A stretch of DNA of 64,000 nucleotides from Camelus dromedarius. Lineage: Eukaryota. Positions 1 to 12,910 of the stretch are shown piece by piece. The stretch covers positions 62,374,001 to 62,438,000 of the forward strand of contig NC_087437.1 of NCBI RefSeq assembly GCF_036321535.1, written 5' to 3'. The notes beneath the pieces are model-generated. The model saw only the letters and a list, made by a program, of their open reading frames with translations. It made no database searches and was not told where the DNA came from. A program made the translations under genes and the position numbers. Numbering within the stretch: the first letter of the stretch is position 1; the number at the start of each line of letters is the position of its first letter.

Positions 1-469
1 AGTTTACAGGATAATTTTACTACTTTACATCAGAATGAATGCATTATGATTTGCCTAGTACGTATGTCTTTCAAAATATTTTAAAGACAATTATTTCTTT
101 TTTTTAACTACAAACTTTATTAAAAGTAAATAAATGTAACATATAGTATGTACAGATGACACATGATGTCAATTTTATTTGCAGATACAGTTTTCCAAAG
201 TTCACAGGGTACAATTTTGCCACATGTATTATTGGCCAATAATAAAGTCAAGTATTTCTAAATTAAATATTTAAGAGCATTTGAAATATGTGCTTCCTGA
301 AGGACCCCTTGGGGAATCTTTTCACATGTTAAAAATTTTAAATAATCCTCTATATTCATCATTTGAATATTTTATATTTTACTTAAATTCTGACCCAGGC
401 TAAATCTAATTCTGTCTTATTTTAGAAACATACACCACACACAAACCTATTTTTTTTAAAGCCTATTAT

Positions 470-2172
470 TGTTCATTGTATTATTTATGAGTAAATATTT
501 TGTGGAAGATATTTGTATACATCATATGTTGTGAGCTGGTACTGTAATTTCATTCACTATCAGTGGACTTCACCGTCACTGGTTTTGTGAATTTTAATCC
601 AGTATAAAAGCTAGTATCTTGTCTTACCCTACTATAAAGCAGTTTGATGGCTTAGCAGTACTAAAGGTTTATTGCAAGTTTTTGAGCACAGGGCTAAGAT
701 TAAACTCTTTCTGAGTGAGAAGAACCTCTCATAACCACTACAGTCAAACAAGACTGGGGTTTGAAAGTATCTTTTGCTAAAGACTTGATAATGCTTCTTA
801 AAGAACTCAACTTACATTTACAAGGCAAAGCAGGACTACATGCAAATTTTGTACGATGGAAACGTCATTTTAACAACAATCTAATAATGTGTAATTCACA
901 AGAAATATCAAGCTACTATCTATGCTTCTCATGTGGTCAAAAGTTAAAATAAGAAAATCTTTCCCACACAAATTTGCAGCAGACGTATTTTCTGAACTTA
1001 AACCACAGTTCTGGCTCTGTTTTTTGAGTTCAATGCAAGTGCAAAGAAACTTTCTGTATTTCAAAATCTGTTTTACTATGCAATTGAGGAACAACTACCT
1101 AACATTCAATTGGAAATGATTAATTTGCAGTGTAATGGCTGCTAAAGGGCAACTACCAATAGAAGAATCTAGTAGATTCCTATAGCTGCCTTCCGAGCAG
1201 TGGATATACTTAATGAAAGTTACATGCTTGTGGGCTGATATCAGCATTTGGCATTATAGCCTCTGAGTGTGAAAAGACATTTTCAAAGATGAAATACATA
1301 AATTTCATTATAAATCAGCATTAACAGTTGAACTGAGGTGGGAAGCCCCACAAAAAAAGACCGGTAGGACCCCCAGGCAGGGCCACTACTCTCCTGCCAG
1401 CACCATCCAGTTCCCTGGCCCAGAGGCTCTATCTCACTTTTTGCCTCTGAAATGGCTTACTTCTAGGAAAGTGGAATTTACCCATAAAATGCTATTGATT
1501 CCCTGAGCTCACTCCTGATTGGTTATTTCTCTCACTCTTGATTGGTTATTTCTTTTACTCCTGATTGGTCCATTTCCCTCATTCATGACTGGTTATTTCT
1601 CTCCCTCCTGATTGGTCCATTTCTACAAAGCTTGTTCCTAATTAGTCAACTTTTGTTATACCTTATTTGCATATGATGTTGCAAAATGTAAACTGGCAGC
1701 CTATAAAAGCCTGTGTAAACCTACAGCAGGGTCCAGAATTTGGAGTGTTAACTCCTCTGGGGCCGCTGGCATAATAAACCCGAGTTCTCCAACTCTCTGA
1801 GTGCTGCTTGGTCTCTCGCCGGGATCCAGGTTGCTGTCACAACTGAGCTGTAACACTGAGCTGTAACACATTTTTCTGCAACAGAAAATTTGTGATCAGT
1901 TTTGATGACATAGTGAACCTAACTTCCTGAACTTCAATTAAGCGAAATATTAACCCCCTACCTCAGTAATTCTATTCTTTATTAGTAAACCAGTATTACC
2001 AAAAGTTATGCTCAATTAATCTATTTTACATTTCATCAATACATTTTTTTTTGGAAATTTGTTTTCTCTCTTGTTATATAAATGTCTACATAATATCCTC
2101 AGTTTTGTCTCTTGGATCACAAAGCCTGAAATATTTACTATCCAGCCCTTTACTGAAAAAATTTGCTACCCA
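470..2172 (+). mobile_element. Decayed hAT/Charlie-type DNA transposon, interrupted by an LTR
   Basis: Degenerate transposase-like AT-rich sequence; terminal aaatatttactatccagccctttactgaaaaaatttgctacc resembles Charlie/MER58-type ends. Family assigned from recall. Confidence 0.55.
1334..1883 (+). mobile_element. Solo ERV LTR
   Basis: TG...CA ends; 4-bp flanks gaac/gaaa; five ~23-bp units mostly carrying ATTGG; TATAAAA 1702-1708; AATAAA 1773-1778. Confidence 0.8.
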
Positions 2173-2210
2173 GATCTGTCACAGTCTTCCCTGTGTTTCT
2201 GATTCTTAGC

Positions 2211-2691
2211 TGTAAATAAAAAATACTGCAAATAAAATCAGTAAACAAAGAATGCTGAAGCCATCAAATCATCAGCCACTGCACCACCCCCCACAGTGAA
2301 GACAGGCAGGCAGCCTGGCCTCTGCAGCCTCATGGGACTCAGAATAAGAAAGGATAGGATTCTGGCCCTAGACAGCTAGGTACTTGTCAAAGGAATGATT
2401 TCAATGAGCCCAAATGTTTGCTCCCTCCCATACATAGAAAAGCGCTAAATTGTTTAACTTGAGATGTCTTGTTTTCTTCAGTTAACAAGTAATCTTTCAA
2501 TGTTCCAACTACCTGGTCGTTGTTGTAAAACTCCTGTATATCCTGGCTCCTCCCCTACCTCTTCAGAGCAGTCATTCAGAGCTACCTGGGAGGCTGTCAT
2601 CCCGTGACTGAAGGAGTTTGAACCCTCAGAAATATCCACCAAATAAGACATAACTCTCAATATTTAGGCTATGCATATATTTGAGTCACCA
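2211..2691 (+). mobile_element. Solo ERV LTR (same family as 50340-50790)
   Basis: TG...CA ends with tagc/tggc flanks; clear reverse-complement similarity to 50340-50790. Confidence 0.7.
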
Positions 2692-2959
2692 TGGCTAAAG
2701 CATGTGTGATATAATAGTAAATCACCTTCATGCCTTTGAGCTAAGAACTGTAAAGTATGTAGAATGATGGCACATGGTAGGTGCTTTTTAAGTGTAGGTT
2801 GTTAGGAACATAATAACTCTATTTCTATAGCTCTTCTGAGCTATACAGAGTTGTGATCATTACCAAGCTTGTCTGTAGGCAGAGGGAGGCCATTGGTGAA
2901 GAAAATTTTCCTTTAAGCCAGTCCTCTTTAAAATTGCCCTGGAGGGGTTTCCACCTAAT

Positions 2960-3670
2960 CCATCCCAGCTTGCTTTTTTAAATTTTAGTTTTGAGGTAGC
3001 AGGTTTATTAAGATACGATTCATATATCATGCAATACACCCATTTAAATTCAATGCAGCACCACAACCAATTTTAGAACATTTCCGTCATCCCAGAAAGA
3101 AACCCATACTTCTTAGCCATCATCCCCTCATCCTCCCACCTCCCCCCTAGCCCTAGGGAACATATAATCCATTTTCTCTCTATATAGATTTGCCTATTCT
3201 GGACATTTGCTATAAATGGAATCACACAATATGTGGTCTTTTGGGACTGGTTTATCTCACCGAGCATATTATTCTCAAGCTTTATCCACACGGTAGCATG
3301 TATCAGTCCTTCATTCCTTTTCATGGTGGAACAGTGTTCCATTGACTAAATGTACTACATTTTGTTCATCCATTCATCAGTGATGAAGACTGGGTTCTTT
3401 CCGTCTTTTGGACATCATGAATAACAAACTCATGTACAAAATTTTGTGTGGACATTTTTTCCTTTCTCTTAGGAAGAAGTGGAATTGCTGGGTGACGTGG
3501 TAACTCTATGTCTAACTTTTTGAGGAACTGCCAGACTGTTGTCCAAAGTGGCTGCACCGTTTTACTCCCTACCAGCACTGTGTGAGGATTCCAGTTCTCC
3601 ACATTCTCACCAACACTTGCAGTTACTGTCTTTTTGATCACAGCCATCCTGGTGACGAAAATGTGATACC
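2960..3670 (-). mobile_element. Old L1 (L1M) 3' fragment
   Basis: Typical L1 ORF2-end/3'UTR sequence on the minus strand (e.g. ggaattgctgggtgacgtggtaactctatg). Confidence 0.75.
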
Positions 3671-5091
3671 CAGCTCACTTTTAATTCTCTGGGAGTGGGT
3701 ACTGGGGAAAACCACTCTCCTCACCTCTCCACACTGGGACCCGTTGCGGACAACACCCTGGGAACCCAGCCCTGCAAGAGCACTGGAGTATTTCCACTAA
3801 AATTTAAGTTTTTCTCAGAGAAGAAAAGATTCTCAGAGATTGTGCCTCGGAGGTACCTAGTTTTTCCATTCATAAAACCCACACATTTATGCCACCCTCT
3901 GGGTAGGCATTATTGAGAGATCTGGAAATATTTTTCAAGGAACTCCACATAGTTACAGGGCAGATTATTACAGGGCATCTTGACTCAGCAGGAGCCAGGA
4001 CAAGATGGCTTCCAGAGAGAAGTTCTGCAGACATTCCCTCCCAGCCCCACCTCCCACCACCCACTCCCCATCCCTGTGATTTACAGAGACACCAGGAACC
4101 TTCTGGGGAGAGGCCCAGGGCAGGTGGGAGAGCGTTTCCATAAAGGAAGGGAGGCAGACCCCGCATCATGGGAGGAGGTCAGAGGGGAGGGTGGTTTCTG
4201 GCCCTGCCCTGTGTGGCAGCTGCTGTCCAGGCTGGAGCAGAGATGGGGATATTGGCCCTCAAAGAAAGTCAGTCAGTCGAGGGCTCTGTATCGTGGGCCC
4301 CCGTTTGCTGGCCTCTGCTGGTGGTGATTCCTGGGTGCATTTTGCAGAGAGTGTTCCAGAGTGAGGACTTCCCACTGCTGCTCCCACCACACCTTCAGCA
4401 TGTCCTTCACAGCCCTTTGCAGAGTTACCGCAGAGACGCTCGTTTCAGATTACCACTCCGTCCCCAGAGCCTGGGACAGCGTCTGGCACTTGTAGATGCT
4501 CAAGAGTATTTAGTGAATAAAGGAAAACATCAGAACCCGACACGGGCTGGTGGAACCCCAGCATAGCTCCTCATTGTATATACTGTTTTGTAATTATTCA
4601 TACTTAGTAAACGCAGCATTGTTGAAAATTTCCTTTGTCATAATGACTACATTTGTCTTAACCGAGCTCCAGCTTTTGGATATTTGCATAGTTTCAAATA
4701 TTTTCCTATGAAACATAATAGTGATACATCCTTGTAGCACTGTCTTTGAGCACATGTCTGGCTGCTTCCTTGGGATACATTCCTGGAATTGCTGGATCAA
4801 GCGATAAGTCCATGTTAAAGTTCTGGGATACATATTGCCAGATTTCCTTTCCCCCAAAGGCTGTGTACGAGGCCTGTTTCCCACACACCGTGGTCCACAG
4901 CAAGCAGTATCATTCTTTTCATCTTTGTCAGCAAAATAGGCCCACAGTCAGAGTATGTAATTGATTCCTGGTGCTTTGCCGCCTCCCAGGAAATCACTTA
5001 CGAATGCATGACCAAGTTGTATTTCAAATTTGCTGTAAAGAAAACAGTTCCTGAGAAAGCCACACCAAAGATTCCTTCTTGGAAGAGACAT

Positions 5092-5848
5092 TGTATAGGT
5101 GACGAGAAACGACGACAACCAAAAAGAATGTCTGGTTAAAGATTATTGGGCTAATTGCAAGTCGACATCGAGCCTTCAGTGTCAAGTTAAATGTCATTGC
5201 ACTCTCCCCAGACTCACAGTCAGCAGGAGTGTGAAAGAGAAATAATAAAATGGCCGCTCTTAAGCTAATTCCTGGCCTTATACTTGCCTTTTGCTTTTAA
5301 AACAGTCGGCAAATCTGACTGACCAGACACTGCCCCAGCCTCAGGCCCATTGTCACAATTAGAGTTAGACTTACAGTTATTAATTTCCCTGTTGTTTTAC
5401 CTCACTCTGGCAATTGAAATTTACAATCATGTTTGGATTCTGAGTCATTCCCCTAGAAAGGGAGTCCCTGGACAACAACCTCAGGAGTGTAACCAGACCC
5501 TCTGAAGTCCCTCCTGGTGCCTAATGAGTCTGATCAGATAATGAAGGTCATGGGCTGATGACCCTCCAGACCCCTGGACAGTCCCCTGATGCCGGACAGA
5601 CTCGCCAAGATTTAGGAAGAAGCTTCACAGGAGACTCTTGCAGAGACTCCCCTTTTACTCTCCAATTTGTTCACTATATAATCACTAAGCCCCAACCCTA
5701 AGACGGGGTCACAGTTTTGAAGGCACCAGCCTGCTGGGAGTCCCCTTTGCCCTGCAAAATAATAAAGCTGCCTCTTTTCTTCTAGGCTCCAAGACCTGGT
5801 CTCTCAATTCTTTGCCTAGTCAGGGACAGAAGCCGATCTTTCGGCAAA
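5092..5848 (+). mobile_element. Solo ERV LTR
   Basis: Starts TGT; TATA (ctatataa ~5676); AATAAA at 5761; U5-like end ...gatctttcggca. Confidence 0.6.
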
Positions 5849-6529
5849 GGTAGGGGGCGACTTCCCAGGAATAGGTGCTTATCTGAAAATAACCAAATTA
5901 TTAGAAAATAACTCAGAGTTCAGCTCCAGTGCAGGCTTGGGTCAATGTTCTCTTTAACTAGTGTGATGTGATATTTTTCATGTTTTTCGTATTTCTTTTT
6001 TAGTTAATTTTCCTGTTTGCTTTTCCCAACCACCTACTTTTAAAGGCCCTCTTCTTCAACACCCATCCAGTGATGTGTCTTAGCATCGTGTTTCCACGCA
6101 GGATTCTTGAACAACCGTTTAAGGTCTCTACTCTTTCTTCCATAATCTTTTTCTTGAAATCAACTTATTTTTTTTAAGGCCTAAATGAATTCACTTTTAA
6201 AGTAAATTTTACATCATCACCTCAAATAAAAAATGAGTTTCCTTTTCCATGAATAGAATAGTAACCATAAAATAAATACAATAAAAATAAAATGTGATTG
6301 GATTATAGGTGGATATCTTTGTTTGCCAAAGGCTCTTTGAGCAGTTCCCTTCCTTATAATGGGAGATATGCAAGTGTTAGAGGACAATTAAACATATACT
6401 TGAAGTAAATAAGATTGTATAATCAGAATGACTGACTTAAATGTGAAAATGCAAATACCTTCCCTGTCTAAGTGAACCAATGTTCTCTAATGCTGTTTGC
6501 ACGGATCACTTTTTCTTTTGTGCCACGGG

Positions 6530-6690
6530 CGCAGTGGCTCTCACGCCCGAGCGTGCAGCAGCGTTTTCTGGAGTCTTGTTAAAACACAGACGACTGATTC
6601 CGTAAGTCTGGGCTGGGCTTGAAACGTGCACCTCTCAGAAGTTCCCAAGCCCCGCTGGTGCTGCTGGCCCAGGGCACACACTCCGAAGGC
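6530..6690. mobile_element. MER5-like hAT fossil
   Basis: cttgttaaaacacaga...tctgggctggg...ctgctggcccagggcacacact motifs; similar decayed copies at ~47510-47660 and ~51020-51210. Confidence 0.55.
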
Positions 6691-9600
6691 ACGCCCTCAC
6701 TGCATGGCCTCTCACTTCAGGGAGAGCTGGCTGGGGAAGGCTGGCAGGTGCAAACCAGAAACAACTGCAACCCCCAACAGCTGCAAACCTTCTCCCGTCC
6801 GTTGTGGACCATCTTCCTCTCAACGGGCACAAGCCCAGGCCCAGCGCTGGCAGCCATGAGAGCAGCGCTATAATCTCTGGAACCGCTCTCTTCCTCCAGG
6901 AGGGAACCTGGATTGCAGTGTGTGGCCAAGAGACAGCTTTCTGCCCTTAGTAAACGTTCTTTATCATCTGCAAGCAGAGGAGGAAGTAGGTGAGAAGTCA
7001 AACTACTTCCTTGGGCAAACCCCTCCATACAACTTCTCCTAGAGCTGAATTTCCAGAAGAGAGGTCATCAGTTGGACTTAAGTCCATAAAACTTCCTATG
7101 ATGAGAATTTTTTTTTTTTTTTTGAGAACTGCGTAAACTCAGTGAGGTGCGTGGATAAGCAACTGTGGAGTTTTACAAGCCAAGAATCCAAAAGCCAGTG
7201 CCTCCCCTTCTGAAGGCCGAGGTGGTTGGAATGCTGCTCCTGTGATGGAAAGTGCACATGTCAGGGTTTGAAGCACCTCAGAGCCCTTGACGTCTTTGTG
7301 TGTGAGAGAGAAAATCTCAAGAGGAGAGCTCACCCACAGTCCTGCCTCCCAACAAGTCAAAGCACATTAATTTGTCCATGTTTGCTTCCAGGGCCCATCT
7401 TTACAGAGGCACAGTGTTCACGCACTTGGCTGTATAGTCGGAACCCTGCCTTTTTCACATGCCTGAGTAGAATAAGCACCCTCTCCTACTGCTGCTTTCA
7501 TCTTCACCCTGTGCGACGCTGGCATACGTTTCATCAAGGACAGTCACCGCATTTATTCCTCTGCTCTTGGGAATTAATAGTTGTTTTTAATTTTATAATA
7601 CACATAATAGTGCAGCAAATGTACTTGTATGTATAATGTTCCCTTCGTTTGAAAATGTTTCCTTAGGCTAGAGTCCTAGAAGTGAATTTCTTGGTCAAAA
7701 GGTAAGAACATTTTTTATGGTTCTTAATGTCTGTTTCTGAATTGCCTTTTGAAGCAGACATAGCATTTGTAAGCATGTTAAATTATCTGCACCCCCCAGA
7801 AATGAACATTGTCAATGTGAACATTTCTAACAGCTGTAAAATATTATTTTACTCTTGTTTTTGTAGTAGCATGTCTTTAAAATGAATGAAAAGTCAAGTA
7901 TGTTCCCCACATTTCTTTACTAATTTATTTTCTGTTTGTGAATTATTTGATTATGACAACCAACTTTGGGAAAATAAATTATCTAAATGCATGCTGAGTC
8001 TGAAGGCCCAGGATAATATCTTATTTACTTGGCATCCCTGCTCCCCACACCTGCAACAAACTGGATGATACTCGTCCATTCGTTCCTTTATTCCATAAAT
8101 ATTTACTGAGCACCTGCTTGTGCTGGGTGTTCTGGGTGCTGGGGGCAGAGGTGTGAATAAGACAGGGAAGCTGCAAATAGCATTATTTCATTCTTTTTTA
8201 TGGCCAAGTAATATTCCGTTATATATATATCACAACTTTTTTATCCATTCATCTGTTGATGGACACTTGGGTTGTTTTCATGTATTGGCTATTGTAAATA
8301 GTGCTGCTATGTATGTTGGTGTGCACGAGTCTTTTTGAATTAGAGTTTTCCCTGGATATATGCCCAGGAGTAGGATCACTGGATCATATGGTATGTCTGT
8401 TTTTAGTTTTTTTAAGCCACCTGCATACTGTCCTCCATAGTGGCAGTCAGTCTCCTACTTAATATCAGGTCTCAGGTCAGATATCAGCTCCCGTGAGAAT
8501 ATTCTGCTTACCATCCCATATAAAGAAGCACCTTCTACCTCACGAATCTCTGTGCCATTGTGTTTTATTTTCTTCATAGCATTTATCACTCTCTGAAATT
8601 TTATTTGTTTGCAACCCATCCCTCAACACCCATAAGCCCCAGAAGAGTAGAAACTTCCATTATCTTGTCCACTGCTTCATATTCAGAGGCTGAGAGATGT
8701 ACAGAGGTGCCTCAAGTATCCGATATCTGAAGAGCTGCCTGAATGTTATTCCTATAGCGTAACCATTTGGTGAAAAGTTAATTTCAGTAGATGTGAATGC
8801 CAGGATTGGACATGGTTCTGTCAAAGTGGCACCAGTTAAATACCTGAGTTGGGAAGATTGCTTTCCCACAAGCCATTTGTCTGAGAATGGTTTACTGCAT
8901 TAGAGAGGAAAATAAATGATCAACTTCATTATTATCAAAATATGATATTGATAATTAGTATTAGTGAATCTGGAAAGACTATAGCATGGAAAATACTTAC
9001 CAAGGGACTAGAATTAGTGAGAAGCAGTGAAGGGCAGTTAAAATTTCTTGCAACACTTGATTCTGTAGACAGAAAAAAATTTGGTGAGTCTTGTTATTTA
9101 ATCTTGATAGCGATTTTTAGGTATCTAATGATCCTTCCAAAGCCTTGGAACCTTATGATAGTACCACCATATTACAGAATCAGAGTAGCTAAAGAGAGGC
9201 TCTTAACAGGTCAAATTCCAGTCCTAAATGGCTTTGACACAGCTCCCTTCTGTTTACCCTATGTTTGAGTAGTCAGATATAATTTTAGATTAATGGGCAT
9301 GTCCTGTCCTTCTCTATAGTCAATAGGCCATTGATAAAGTCCCTGCTGACGAACATTGTGGTTACCAGGTAATTATGGGTAAATTTAGCTCTTTTTAGCT
9401 GATTCTGTGACAAAGTCACCTACATATAATGTTTCTACAGGAAAATGGAGTCTGTGTCCTCAACTTACAGATAAATATCTAGGATATAGCTGGTGAGGTG
9501 CTAGTTATTATCGCCCCTTTTCTTTGCCCAGGTTTTGAATGATGTGAGAAATAGGACAAAGAATATGGTAGACGGAGAGGAACTATCACTTTCAACAGGA

Positions 9601-10319
9601 GTTTACTTTGGAGAATGTGATTTAGGGCTTCCTAGTCCTGCATCCTTACCCTCCCAGCTACAATCAGCCTGAATACACAGGTTCGCCCCCCAGAAGGGAA
9701 AAGGCACATCAGAGGTGAGTTTTCCCAGTTTATTCTTCTGAAACAACTCACTACACCTCACGTAGGGCCAGTGAATAAAGGCACACGGAGAGGCCAGGAG
9801 CACGATGCTCACCGAGCTGCCTCCACGTGGAAGGAGACGTGGGCAGCTGGGAGAGCACGTCCCTGCTGAGAGATTCTGCATACATCGTCTCTCTGAGCCT
9901 GGGAAGTGGTGGACTGGGATGAAGGAGACCTAAGAAGGATGGCTGTGGAGTCACACTCTCAGGACTGACTGCCTGACCTTATTGCCCGTATTTCCCAGGG
10001 AAGGCCAGGGAAGCGTCAGGAAGGCAGGTGCTAGCAGACCTGCATCCCTCCCTGGTCACTCTTCCTGTGTCCTCAGCAGAGAAGTGGGACAAACCATGGT
10101 AGCATTGACCCTGCTACAATAGTATGGCATTAGTAGACACTGGCAGTAGAGCTCTGTGGATATTACTCTCCTGCTGTCTTGAAGCCAGTAGAGGATAGAG
10201 TGGTGGTCTCCTCCTGGTTCAGGAGACTCAGGATTTGAGTCCCTGCATTTGAGACTCTGCAGCCAATTATATGACCTCTGGCCAGTTTCTCCATTTTCCT
10301 CAATTCCTGGTTATTCCTT

Positions 10320-11660
10320 TTATAAAGTGGATGTAGTAGGTAGAAGTGTCATGGAAAAATCCAGAAAGGGAGAACATATTGCAACACATACATAAAGACC
10401 CCTGAACTCAAAAATAAGAAGACAAACAATTCTGCTTGAAACGGGCAAATGATTGAAACAAATATTTTTGAAAGAAGAGATATGAGTGGCTAATAAGCAC
10501 ATGAAAAGATGCTCAACATCATTTCCCATCTGGAAATACACATTAAAACCAAAGTGAGATGCCACTACATACCCTTTAGAATGGTTTGTATTATACAGAC
10601 TGATATTGGCCGAGTGTTGACAGGGATGTGTAGAAACAGGAACTCATATACCACTGATGGGAATGAAACATGGTCCAACTTTGGAAGACACTTTGAGAGT
10701 CTGTTAAAAGTGAAATGTATAATGTACCATATGATGCAGCCATTCCACATACAAGTATTTACCCAAGAGAAATGAATGCATATATCCACACAAAGACTTG
10801 TACAGGAATATTCATGGCACTTTTATTTGTGAAAGTCAAAACCTAGAAATGACCCAAATGTTTATCAACAGATGAATAAACAAACCATGGTATGTCTGGC
10901 ACAATCTATACAATGGAAAACTGTTCAGAAATAAGAAACAAACTACTAATATGCACAACAACATGAATGACTCTCAAAATAATGATACTAAGTCTAAGAA
11001 GCCTGACCAAAAAATAACCCCCCCAGCCCCCATCTGGATGACTCCATTTATATAAAATTCTGGGAAGTGCAAGCGAATCTATAGTGACAGAAAGCAGATC
11101 AGTGGTCAGCTCCGACTGGAGGTGTGGGAAGGATGAACACCAGAGCACTTCTAGGAATTATGAGAATGTTTGACCTCTTGATTATGGTGGTGGTTTCTTG
11201 GGTGTGAGCACACATCGAAGCTTTAAATATGTGCAGTGTACATAAATTGTACCTCCACGAACTTGTAAAAGAAAGGAAGGAAGGAAGGAAGCAGGAAAGA
11301 GGAAGAAGTGGTACACAGAAATGTGGATGAATTTCACAGTCATCGTGCTGAGGGAGAGCAGCTGGACATAAAATAGTGCATACTGCACGACTCCGTTTAT
11401 ACACAATTCTGGAAAAAGCAAACTAACCTCCAGTGACAGAACGCAGATCAGTGGTTGCCTGGGGTTGGACAAGGAGGAAAGAATGGACTGCAAATAGGCA
11501 AGAGGAAACTTTTGGATGTGATGGAAATGTTCTATATCTTGACTGTAATGGTGATTTCACATGTATATACATCCATCGTAACTCATTGAATTTTACACTT
11601 TCTATGAATTCATTTATTGAAGTAAATTACATCTACCTTAATAAAGTGAGTTTAAAAAGA
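10320..11660 (+). mobile_element. Old L1M 3' fragments
   Basis: L1 ORF2 C-terminal and 3'UTR motifs (aagcacatgaaaagatgctcaacatc; gatcagtggttgcctgggg). Confidence 0.75.
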
Positions 11661-12753
11661 AAAGAGAAAAGAACTTTAAGGCTTTGTTTAACTCCTGGTG
11701 CCAGGAATCGTTCAGGCTGAGAATAAGAGCAAGACACGTGGGCCTGGGAGGTGTCTTTGCTCGGGACAAAGATTTAAGTGGCTCTTCAGCTGTATACGAG
11801 CAAACCCCACAGCAAATCCCACAACTTATTCCTGAATGGAGACTTCTGGGACAATGGGGAACTCCTCTGCTATGTAATAGCATAAAATTTTTCATTTTTG
11901 CTAAGGTCAGAGTTAAAGCTCTGGCTAATATTCACAAGGTGTTATTGGCTGCATTCCTTTGCCTAGTGCTAAGGGCAGAGGGTTGGGGACCTGGGTTTTA
12001 AAGAAGGAGGACTGGATAGAGAAGACCCTCCTCCAGGTGATAAAGCTGCTTCCTGAAACATTGTGAGAGGTCAGGGGCTGAGGAGTGAGAGGTGAGGGGA
12101 GGAGCTGAGAGGGGGACATTCCAGTGAATGACCAGTAATGAGGAGATTAGTCATCTGTTTTAAGTCTTTCCTTGTCTGCACTGTATTTTCCCTTCCTTGA
12201 CCTGTCACCCACAAGCTTTCAGGCCAGTTAGGGTAAATGCTACAATTTATATTAACTGCTTTTGAGGGCATTAATGGGGACCGAGTCCAGGTACAGAGAT
12301 ATGTGGAGAGCCGTGGATGCTTGGAGGCATGATGACAGAGTTGCTGGAAGTGACCATCAGAGAGGCCCATTGGTGTCCACAGCGAAAGGTGACAAAAGCT
12401 AAGCAACAAGCAGTTGGGGAAACACTAAGCACCCCTCAGGGGTTCTCAGATCTACAGCTGGAGGAAACTGGATTCCCCACACTCAAATGGAGTGAGTGAA
12501 ACTACATAACTGGGTGTTTAAAGGAACAGTCACCTCCTAAAAGATGGTAGTTTGGGGACTTTGGAATATAAGGATATTAACTAACACCCCCATTTGCCCC
12601 CCAATCTTTAAGGATGTTTGGACTGTCCTGAGTTATCCTGGACTATGAAACAGAAAAATAATCTGTAAGGCCCAGTTCACCTTGATCTCAAAAGCTCAGG
12701 AGAGACTTACGCTGTGTGACCAAACCCTAACTAGTAATTGCCTTTGTCTGATT

Positions 12754-12800
12754 TGACGTCAGTTAATGATTGGACTTTGAACCTGAGAGAGAGTTAAAAG
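12754..12800 (+). promoter_or_regulatory. MUC13 proximal promoter: CRE + HNF1-like + HNF4 motifs
   Basis: TGACGTCA 12754-12761, GTTAATGATTGG 12762-12773 and TGGACTTTG 12771-12779, about 80-105 bp upstream of the ATG. Confidence 0.6.
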
Positions 12801-12858
12801 GAAAGACAGTGGGAGGGAAGTCATTTTCTCCCCGGATTACCCAGCAAGGACATAGAGA

Positions 12859-12910
12859 ATGAAAGCCTTCAGTCACCTCATTCTGCCTGCCCTCCTTTTT
12901 CTAATCTCAG
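12859..12910 (+). CDS. MUC13: MUC13 exon 1 coding part: signal peptide MKAFSHLILPALLFLIS
   Basis: ATG at 12859; hydrophobic N-terminus; donor CAG|GTAAAG after 12910 (phase 1). Confidence 0.9.

Noticed and set aside
1508..1624. CRISPR-like or satellite array
   Set aside because: Contiguous units without spacers, inside a eukaryotic LTR.
3700..12700. An additional gene upstream of MUC13
   Set aside because: Only repeat fragments and short ORFs without recognisable homology or a consistent splice chain.
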